DNA of 64,000 nt, taken from positions 10,912,001 to 10,976,000 of the forward strand of contig JBHGNT010000011.1 in the NCBI GenBank assembly GCA_043228905.1, read 5' to 3'. Positions 12,998 through 22,056 of the stretch are shown here, in pieces (position 1 is the stretch's first letter; each line of letters opens with the position of its first letter). Origin of the DNA: Azolla caroliniana. Its lineage: Eukaryota > Plantae > Polypodiophyta. The notes beneath the pieces are model-generated. The model ran no database searches and was not told the origin of the DNA. It saw only the letters and a list, made by a program, of their open reading frames with translations. The position numbers and the translations under genes were made by a program.

Positions 12998-13591
12998 CCA
13001 TATGCACTATCGGTTGACTGCACTACTCACAGTTCCGTGATTGGCTTTATGCCATCAGAATTGATACTTGGTCAAAAGTCAATTATGCCAGTAGAGCAAT
13101 CGGTATTTTCTTGGGTTGCCTTACCATGGGCAGATGAAATGAGTTGAGAAGATTTGCTTGCTCTTATAATAAGACAGCTAGAAAGAAGGGATGAAGATGT
13201 TCAAATAGCTACGGAAAGGATGAAACAATGTCGACTACGGAACAAAGAAAGATTTGATAAAACCCATCGCCTTTGACCAAGAAATCTACAAGAAGGTGAT
13301 TGGGTCATAGTTTATGATAGCAGCTTGGATAACCAACATAGTACTTCTCGCAAATTTGCCAAAAGATGGTTCAAGCCATATATCATTAGACAAGTGAATA
13401 AAAATGCAACTTATTTCTTAACTGAAATGGAGTTGCTTTAAAGTTACCAATTGCAGGAAAGCGAATTAAGGTATTCAAGAGAAGGGAAGATCAAAGCACT
13501 AACTTCCTCAACAAAGATGACATCCATGAATCTGAAGAAGGAGACATTCATTGGCGCGTGCCAGAGGATGCGCAGGTCTAGAGGGGGAGGA

Positions 13592-14267
13592 TGTCGTGAC
13601 GTTTCCATGCCACGATGAGAAAATAACCTCTCCCAATTTATATTTGCTTATTCAAATCTTTGTAAAAGGTTATATAGAGTGCGAGGCCTCGATGAGTAGG
13701 AGTGTGTGGGGGTTTCGGTGTCGTGAAGGATTTGCTTCAAGATAGAAAAATAAACTAAAATATTGTATTGAATAACATTTAAGAGACTTGAATCCACAAC
13801 CTCACATACCAAATACAAGGCACATACAATTAGGCTAGGTCATTTATTCTTTTAAAGTTACATTTTAATGTTCGTACTTATGCCATGTATATTTTCATAC
13901 ATGAAAGCTCAAATGAATGGAATGTCTATCATACATCACATGTAATGCATGAACACCAAATGGCGATCATGCATCACATGCATTTCATGCGCTACATGCA
14001 AGTCTTGTACCCTCACATGCATCATATGCATGGGGGCACCTATTTAAAGAGGGAAAGGGAAAAAAGTGGGGAACATGAGACGAGGAATATTATTGTAATA
14101 GGAGGGACAAGCTATATTATTGTACAAGAAATATTTTGTAATCATTTTTAGATATCAATACAAGTTATTTCCGGTTCTCCTCTTTCTTTGAGAAGAAGCC
14201 CGGTGCCTACTTCCCGGATTCGCGATTTTCTTTTCATTTGCTCTCATACGTAGAGATCGACGCGACA
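13592..14267 (+). mobile_element. 3' LTR of the plus-strand gypsy
   Basis: PPT GAGGGGGAGGA at 13581-13591, then TGTCGTG...CGCGACA. The chromovirus protease sequence resumes immediately after. Confidence 0.85.
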
Positions 14268-14859
14268 CGGGAAGCTATGGGACGTCCATCAATAACTACT
14301 ATGGAAACTGGACAAGGAAGTGTATGCAAGGATATTTGTTGTTTTTGGGCAAAATCTCTATCCATGAAACAAGAATTGGCTCCAGTATCTAAGAGGGCTT
14401 GGACTTGAAGTTGACAACTCGGTGTCCTAACTTGTACTTGGGCTAAGAAGACTTGACTAACATGCTTGGAAGAAATGGAACCCACACTAGGTTGTAAATA
14501 TCTAGGGTTGTCCAACCAAATGGCTCCTATTTTGGCCAAACTTATTCATTTGACTCCTCTTCTAATTGGTTTAGGACTTCAAACTTATTGGACAAGGGTG
14601 GATTATTCATAATATTAGATTCACTAACTGCGTCTAAAATGGTGGACTCATTTTTATTGTCATAGTGAATTTGATTTACCCAACGTCTCGGCCTACGGGA
14701 GCAATGAATGGCTATATGTCCTAGACCTCCACAATATAAGCACAAAAGGTTTGCTCGGCGTCGTTGCTTCTCTTCGTCCGACAACGGTCCTTGTTGTTGA
14801 GTCATATCGATCTCCATGGGTGTAGGACTATCCTTTGGGACTGGACTACGTGTTTGCCT
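14268..14859 (-). pseudogene. Chromovirus gag C-terminus (zinc knuckle) and aspartic protease
   Basis: PTPMEID, LCLYCGGLGHIAIHC, ALLDTGANSCFMD, IDGRPIAS. Confidence 0.9.
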
Positions 14860-17809
14860 TGAAGAGGTCACCACCTCTGTTGTAACCGCCTAGTGGCGAA
14901 GCGAGAGAGCAAGAGGTCGTTGCCTCTGTGCCCCATTGTTGTAATCTTGATATAGTGATATTTTGCAGTCTAAGGGCTACCGTGGTTTTTCCCAGATTTG
15001 GGTTTTCCACGTTAACATCCAGTGCACTCTCTTCTTTACTGTTTCGTGTGTAGATACATCTCATCACATCCCTGTTTTCTGTGCTGGATCCGACGTCTCG
15101 GTTGTGGCCGAGCATAGCTTAGGAAGCCGTATTCCTTTCAAACTGGTATGAGAGCGAAACGACACAGAAAAATGGACGATTCGTTGGGAGGCATGTTCAA
15201 GCTCACCGCCTCCAACTATTCAGTGTGGAAGTCGAAGATGAGGGACATGCTCGTGGTTAAAGATCTTTGGTTGCCGGTTCAGTTCGGGGACAAGAGACCA
15301 GACAAAATCGATGCCACGATATGGGAGGTGATGCACATGAAGACAACGGCGTACATACGGTGCTTCATCGACATGAGTCTATACAACAACTTCAATGAAG
15401 GAGCAAGGCTCATGAGCTCTGGAAGAAGATCGGCATTATGTTTCAAAACAAAAATGTTGTTAATCAGGTTTCAGTATTTCGGAAGCTAGTAAGACTCTGG
15501 TACCAAGATGGCTCCAGCATGGCGGAGCACATGAATGCCTTCCAGGGGCTGATACACCAGGCAACATCATTGGAAGTACCTCTCGCCGATGAGGTACTAG
15601 CACTACTCCTGCTCGGTTCCCTCCCAGATAGCTGGGAGACGTTGGTTGTCACTTTGGACAATGCCGGGCCGGAAGGGAAGCGGTTATCCCTAGCAAGAGT
15701 GAAGTCGAGGTTGCTGGATGAGGAGGCGCGTCGGAAAGACAAGGATACGAACTCTGACCCCAAAGCACTCATTACCGAATCAGAACACGGAAGACAAAGG
15801 AACCATAGTCCCCAGAACCAGGAGAAGTCGGGGACGCGGTCAAAGTCAAGGGGGAGGCCTACTTGCTTCTATTGCGGTAAGCCGGGACACTTCCAGAAGA
15901 ACTGTCGGCACTTCCGAAAAGACAAGGAAACCAACGGTACCAATTCGAAGCAGACACCTGACCGGAACGGTAAAGACCGGCGGGGAACAGACCGGAAGGG
16001 GACGACGGCAATCACGGCAATTGAAGAAGAATTGATGCTCATCACCGAGGAGAGTGAGTTGAACCTTGCCGACGACGAGACAACGTGGGTTGATGATTCC
16101 AGAGCGTCGTTCCACCTTACCCCGGACCGTAAATACTTCTCATCCTACACAATTGGTGATCACGGTTGTGTCCGGATGGGGAATGAAGGTACATGCCGAA
16201 TTGTCGGCATAGGAGACGTGTGGTTGACAACACCAACCGGATGCAAGTTGTTGCTGAAGGATGTCCGACACGTTCCGGAGGTTCGACTAAACCTGATATC
16301 AGTCAGTCGGCTAGATGATGAAGGCTACACGGGTAGCATCCGGAACGGTGTTATGAAGTTCAGCAAAGGGAGCCTGATTGTGGCTCGGGCCCGGAAGGTC
16401 AACACGTTGTACCTGATGAATGCTCGGTTATGCCCGGAAGAAGTGAACGTTACTTCCGACACTGCCGGTGAGTTGTGGCACAAGAGACTGTGTCATATGA
16501 GCGTGAAGGGGATGAAGAGGCTTGCCGATGACAACCTCATTCCGGTGAAGAACGTGAATCTTGAGAGGTGCACCGACTGCCTAGCCGGTAAGCAAAACTG
16601 GACCTCCTTCCGATCGAGGACACCGATGAGACGTAATGCACCACTGGAGTTGGTGCATATTGATGTGTGTCAAGTGGACACGAAGTCACATGCCAGATCG
16701 CAGTACTTCGTGAAGTTCATAGATGACCACAGCCGGAAGCTCTGGGCCACACTGTTGAAGACGAAGGATCAGGTGCTATCTTTCTTCAAAGAGCTCCACG
16801 CGAGAGTGGAAAGAGAAACCGACCGGAAGCTGAAGGCGGTTCGAGCAGATAACGAAAGAGAATATTGGGGGCAATTCGAGGAGTACTGCCGCTCGAAGGG
16901 AATCCAGCTCGAATTTACCGTGCCGAAGACGTCAGAACTAAACGGGTTGGCCGAGAGGATGAACCGGACCATAATGGAGTCGGTCCGGAGTATGCTGGCG
17001 CATGCAAAGTTACCCAAGAAGTTTTGGGCTGAGGCACTGTCGACGGCGACATATGTGATAAACAGATCACCCTCAGTGCCCTTGGATGGAGACACACCGC
17101 AGAAGGTGTGGACCAGTAAGGAAGTGTCCTACCGGCATCTAAAGGTGTTCGGGTGTCTCGCGTACGTGCATGTTGCTAAGGACCGGAGAGGAAAGTTGGA
17201 TCCAAAGACCCGACCATGCATATTCCTCGGATACGGCGATGATGAGTTCGGCTACCGAGTGTGGGATCTGGTTGACAAGAAGGCTTTCCGGAGCCGAGAT
17301 ATTATCTTCATGGAGGACAAGACTCTTGCCGACTGGGAGTCGGAGAAGAAGATAATGAACTCCGATGAGATTCGGACACACCCGGCTAAGAGCTGGTTGA
17401 CACTCGAGGAACCAGCCGGTTACGGTGAGGATACCGAACTGGCAAAAGGTGATGTAGAGCTGGTTGTATTATTATCGTTGTGGCGATAATTCATAGCGTA
17501 ATTGTGTACAGAGAAGAGAGAGAGAGAGAGGAAGAGGTCGCCGCCTTTGTTGTAACCGCCTGGTGGCGAAGCGAGGGAGCAAGAGGTCGTTGCCTCTATG
17601 CCCCATTGTTGTAATCTTGATATAGTGATATTTTGCAATCTGAGGGCTGCCGTGGTTTTTCCCAGATTTGGGTTTTCCACGTTAACATCCAGTGCACTCT
17701 CTTCTTTACTGTTTCGTGTGTAGATACATCTCATCACATCTCTGTTTTCTATGCTTGATCCGACATCTCGATGTGGCCGAGCATAGCTTACGAAGCCGTA
17801 TTCCTTTCA
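14860..17809 (+). mobile_element. Internally deleted Tork/Tnt1-like copia (gag-PR-INT, no RT/RNase H) inserted in chromovirus gag
   Basis: Perfect TSD TGCCT (14855-14859 / 17810-17814); TGAA...TTTCA ends; direct repeats 14861-15140 and 17531-17809; tRNA-iMet-type PBS TGGTATGAGAGC at about 15144. Confidence 0.92.
15172..17450 (+). pseudogene. Copia gag-protease-integrase polyprotein, frameshifted and truncated
   Basis: KLTASNYSVWKSKM; LLLLGSLPDSW; CFYCGKPGHFQKNC; WVDDSRASFH; LWHKRLCH; FIDDHSRK, LNGLAERMNRT, LKVFGC, CIFLGY. Frameshift near 15410. Confidence 0.92.
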
Positions 17810-18660
17810 TGCCTTGGAGTTGGAGCAAGGCTATATGTTTGCCTTGGGGATGATTGTGTCGTTACTAATACATAAGTTGGTGTGAATCTTGATGTTGTTA
17901 TTTGTTGTTGTCGCTTACATCGACGCTCAAAAAGATGATTATCACACCGTATTGCTCGACTAATAGCTTCTGTAAATGACCTTGGATCCTCGGGGAAGGT
18001 AAGAAGTAAGCCTTTGACATCACTACGAAGGCCTGAACGGAATTGCTCCATTAGGGCCTATTCATCCAAAGGAATATCGTTTGCGATGAGATGGAAATTG
18101 GTTGCATATATCGAAGTTGGTTGATCACCTTGACGTAGTGTACGAATCTTGTCGATAGTTGTTCTCACCCCATCAGTATCTCCGAAACAAGCCTTAAATT
18201 CTTTCATAAATTCCTCGAAATTATTTAGTAAAGGAGAATTTGTCTCTAGCAATGGAGCAAACCACGACAACGCAATGCCAGTCAATAAGGTGCCCACTAA
18301 CCCGACTCGTGATGCATCTGTCGGATAATGCGTGGGATGCATTTGAATCGCCAACCGTACTTGATTCAAGAAACCTCGGAAATGCGCCCTTGAACCATCA
18401 AATTTAGTTGGGAGGCTGATTTTGGGCTCCTTGACAAGTCATTGACCTTCGACACTTTGTTGTTGTAACACGACAATTGTCGACTCTCTGTTGAACCCGT
18501 CGCGTGAACTCCTCTTGTTGTTGTTGCTTCTCCATAGTAACCTTTTGTAGATCCCCAAGTAGTTGTTGATTCTATACTTCAAGAGATGCGGACTTGGATT
18601 TAAGATTCTCCATTCCTGCAACAAAGGGTGAGATATTCTTCTGAGTTAATGGCGGCCATG
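17810..18660 (-). pseudogene. Chromovirus gag N-terminal/capsid region
   Basis: KISLPTKFDGSRAHFRGFLNQVRL...LLTGIALSWF...LRQGD...FRSGLRSDVK. Joins the 14859 segment (PRQTRSP) once the copia is removed. Confidence 0.88.
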
Positions 18661-18726
18661 GTTTCGTGATGGTTATAGAGGAGGAGGATGAGAGAGGGAG
18701 AGAGAGAGAGAGAATTCGAATCAAAC

Positions 18727-19135
18727 TGTCAGGACCAAGAATAAAAGATAGAGTGATGGAAGAAGGATATAAGAGAACACGAGAAGAAAGGAACAAAATG
18801 CTAAGAGAAGAATGGGTGTATTAATATAGAGAAAGAAAGAGAATGGATATAAGATATGTAATGAGTGCTAAAGACTGGTGTTGATTCGAATTGATTTGAG
18901 AATACATGTATGCCCTTATTTATAGGTTCCTATAGAATAGCCTAGAGATTTCTATAATGTTCTAGGATATTCTAGAATGATCTAGAGTTTTTACAATAAT
19001 CAATGTAACACAAAAAGTAACTTTTATCCTCTCATATGACAATAGGCTATCTTAATGGTTGAGGTTTTCAATTATGGATTACAAGGTTCGAGATTCAAGT
19101 CTGGGTGACGCCATAATGGTCCTGTGTTCATGACA
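18727..19135 (-). mobile_element. 5' LTR of the chromovirus
   Basis: Repeat of 3726-4144; minus-strand TATAAATA at 18924-18917; followed by a non-tRNA PBS. Confidence 0.9.
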
Positions 19136-19146
19136 TGGATTCAAAC

Positions 19147-19704
19147 TGTCACGGACACACCAACTGCGGACTCGGAAGGAACACAGATGAAAAGGATACG
19201 AGGAACTTAAGATGCTAGGAACGACATAAGAGAATGAAGACAGAGATGACGAAGGAGAAAATATGGCATGAAACAAGAAGACAATATGGCATTTGATGTT
19301 TCATCGACTACGACGGAGCACGGATGATGAGGCAAGGAACTTAAGACGGGGAAAGACACAGGAGCATGAAGACAGAGATGAAGATCAAGGAGACAAGATG
19401 GGGTGAAACGCGAATACTAGATAGATGTGGTAATGACTAGTGTTGAATCCCTTGAAAGGGACCCCAACGATGTTACAAGTATTTATACAATTTCCGAGAT
19501 TGAATATCTCTAGAATATACTCGAGAAATATCTCGAAAATATACTAACAACTAGAATATTCTCGAATGTACTATACACTAGACTTTTACAATATATACAA
19601 GTTCACAATCGAATGTGGACAATTCACAAGAGTTTCCATATGGTTAACACAACACAATGTATTGTGTGTGTTAAAAGTCAGAGGTTCGGGTCTAGAATGT
19701 GACA
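19147..19704 (-). mobile_element. LTR of the host element that received the chromovirus
   Basis: TGTCAC...GTGACA termini; TCTAGAA/CTCGAGAA-rich U3 like the chromovirus LTR; minus-strand TATAAATA near 19480-19487. Confidence 0.8.
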
Positions 19705-20064
19705 AATTTGGGATGACAAAGCTAAACTAGTAATATAAAAAACGACTCAAATAAACTCGAAGCTACGTAAAAAAAGAAAATAAAAGAAAAACGCAAGAAT
19801 AACACAACTAAAAACCTATAAATAGGAAGGTATTAATATCAATTATGGAGGAGGAAGAAGAAAAAGGCTAGAAGAAGTGAAAGGAGTCTTAGTAGAAGAA
19901 AGAAAAACTATTATTGACTAGTGTCATTGAGATTAAGGTAGTTCTTTGGCGGGGTTGTTCTTTTTAGAGTCCAAGAAGATTGTATTGTTTTCCTAATAGT
20001 ATATTGAAGTATTCTTTTCTCTTCCTCTTCTCATCTCCCTCATTTTTCTATATCTCCTCATTAT

Positions 20065-21107
20065 ATATGATCATGGGTATGACCAACTAGTAAAAAGTTG
20101 ACCTTAATCTTCTTAAATATGCCCTTCTCTACTAGCATGCTTAAGTAGCTGAAAATAGTTGAGTTTTTGTTTTCTTTGGTTGTGTTGTTGAGTTGCACAT
20201 ATAGAATTGGTGGGAAAATACTAGCCAAGATTGTAACACTCCTCGCATAACTGTGACTGTAAGATTTGGGTCATTGTGGATATTAGGATAAGGTAAGAAT
20301 ACTTGAGTCCTTCTTGTCTAACAATATGACAAACAACCTACTAAATGCATTTGTACAAGGCATTCATCTCCAATGTCCTTTGACAATCTTTGAAAGTGCG
20401 GAAAAGAAGTCTTCTTCTGATCCATGCCATCTATGATCATGCACATATACCTCTCGGGTGATTGAAGGGCTTTTTGTTGGTGATGCATAGCTTTGGAATG
20501 CTCGAAGGCATGACTTTCACAATGTTCTCTTAATAGACTCTTGTAAGTCTTTATTTTCTCAACCGATCTCCCACCTTTTGCCATGCTTTTTAAACTTACA
20601 CAGATTGAACAAACACCCATCCGAACCTTGCAATATATAACCACATTGTTAAATTATAACTTCCATAATCGATTAAAATGTCAATATTGTATATAGGGTA
20701 CACCTTCTAACATGTCATCCTTATATGCTTGGTATACCTACGGTGAGTGAAGTTGTCAGACAAATGTAATCTTCCAGTAGTAAGGATAATATCCGACATT
20801 GCTTCGAGAAGTATATCTCCATCTATCTAATAGCATGGCGTCCAATCATACCCTTACATCTAGGCACATTATCATCGAAAGCTATCCATGATCCCTTCAT
20901 TAGTCTATTGTGAATTCCCTGGAGGCTCATGTTACCAATGACGTGTGCAATTTTAAAAGCAACTTGACAACACTTAAAACTCAAGTCCAAGAAAATATTC
21001 AACATGCATCGAACAAGCCCTTTGGTGTGATCCTTCACAAGTTGCATATGTGAGGTAAGGAAGGTATCTTGCTCCTCACCATTAACTGATAAATACTTTT
21101 GTCGCAT
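20065..21107 (-). pseudogene. DDE-type DNA transposase remnant of the DGMDQ family (Sola-like; superfamily uncertain)
   Basis: Successive frames give KCCQVAFKIAH, CSICVSLK, IIDGMDQKKTSFP, HLVGC, HNDPNLTVTV, ILYVQLNNTTKE-KN, GIFKKIKVNFLLVGHTHDH. Confidence 0.75.
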
Positions 21108-21129
21108 ACCTCACCATTAAGTGATAGAT

Positions 21130-21776
21130 ACTTAGCAAGGGTTAGGATCCCTCAAAGGGGTTGCTATAGTTGAGGATTGTCTGCAACAAATGATGTGTTG
21201 TTTAGGTGCACCAAAATCAACCAACGAAGAAGACGTAGGATCTAAAAGTCGGAAGCAACAAATTGTTGCGAAAAGAGGAGCGAGGGTCAACATCTTGCAA
21301 TAACTTATTGGCAACTCCCCAAACACTTCCAAATCACACACCGGAAAACTATAGAGAGGTGCAAGTCGGGCTAGGAGGTGGTTGCCAATGTGTGAGACTG
21401 AGAAGGTTCGATGATTGCATTGTGATGGCTTGACGTTGACTTCAAGGGACTCGAAGGCTGATTGCTGCAAAAATTGTGGCTACATTTTGTCATCATCCCC
21501 ACATGAGTCATAATCTCTGTTGACTTTGGATTCAATTTTCATCGTTAGGGTTTTGGACTTGGATTTTCTACTTCTAAGCGGGTCGTCGGGCTTCCGATTT
21601 GAGTAGGGTGCCTGCAAACAGAGAGAGTGGGGCGACTGATGATAGAGGTGGTCAGAGTCGGGCATTTTTTTTTGGTTGGCGCTCTCTCTGTTTGGATAAA
21701 GATCGGACAGGTGCAGATCGTATGCGCGGCCCCCCTGAACTATTCAGATCTGAACCGTCCGTGGCCGCGATTCCCT
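21130..21776 (-). mobile_element. Non-coding terminal region of the DNA transposon, homologous to 44934-45670
   Basis: 21130-21570 aligns with the reverse complement of 45210-45670; 21759-21776 is identical to the reverse complement of 44934-44951. Confidence 0.7.
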
Positions 21777-22056
21777 GGCCGGGAAGGATGATTTGGTTAG
21801 CACATAGTTGCCGCAGGCCATGGCTAACAGGAAGTCTGTCTGTCTGTCTGTCTCTCCTGTCTGTGTCTTTGTTTTGATTGATTGATTGATTGATTGATTG
21901 CTCGATGTGAAAGCTCCTCTTAGAGAGCCAGGGTTTTAGCAATCATACGACAATCAGGGTTTTTGTAGCGATGGCGAGGTGAGCTCTCCTCCTCATCCTC
22001 TTCTTCTTCTTCTGCACGAGAAGAAACAAGAAGAAGAGGGCGGGGGAAGAAGAATC

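Larger units (their letters stand above)
7840..13540 (+). pseudogene. Ty3/gypsy pol remnant (RT, RNase H, integrase) interrupted by two solo LTRs
   Basis: TKYKTIDKKVK; VPKKNGSLRFIQDLQPIN, FDLYSGYDQ, LPQGATNS (RT); VDTSPIRIGW, YPQIKRELW (RNase H); HDTLWAGHCG...ENCH (INT zinc finger); PEANGKVERG. Confidence 0.9.
3726..19135 (-). mobile_element. Chromovirus (Tcn1-like Ty3/gypsy), fragmented by nested insertions
   Basis: Paired LTRs 3726-4144 and 18727-19135 (TGTCA...TGACA); flanks GGGAT/TGGAT (4/5 TSD); PPT at 4145-4160; gag, protease, RT, RNase H, integrase and chromodomain in the correct order on the minus strand. Confidence 0.9.

Noticed and set aside
1817-14267. LTRs at 1817-2486 and 13592-14267 as the two ends of one element
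   Set aside because: They share only internal blocks, their 3' ends differ, and the nesting inside the chromovirus LTR pair is incompatible.
21971-22056. Upstream start for the OZ gene (GTG 21979 or ATG 21971)
   Set aside because: ATG 21971 hits a stop after three codons; the first in-frame ATG is 22057.
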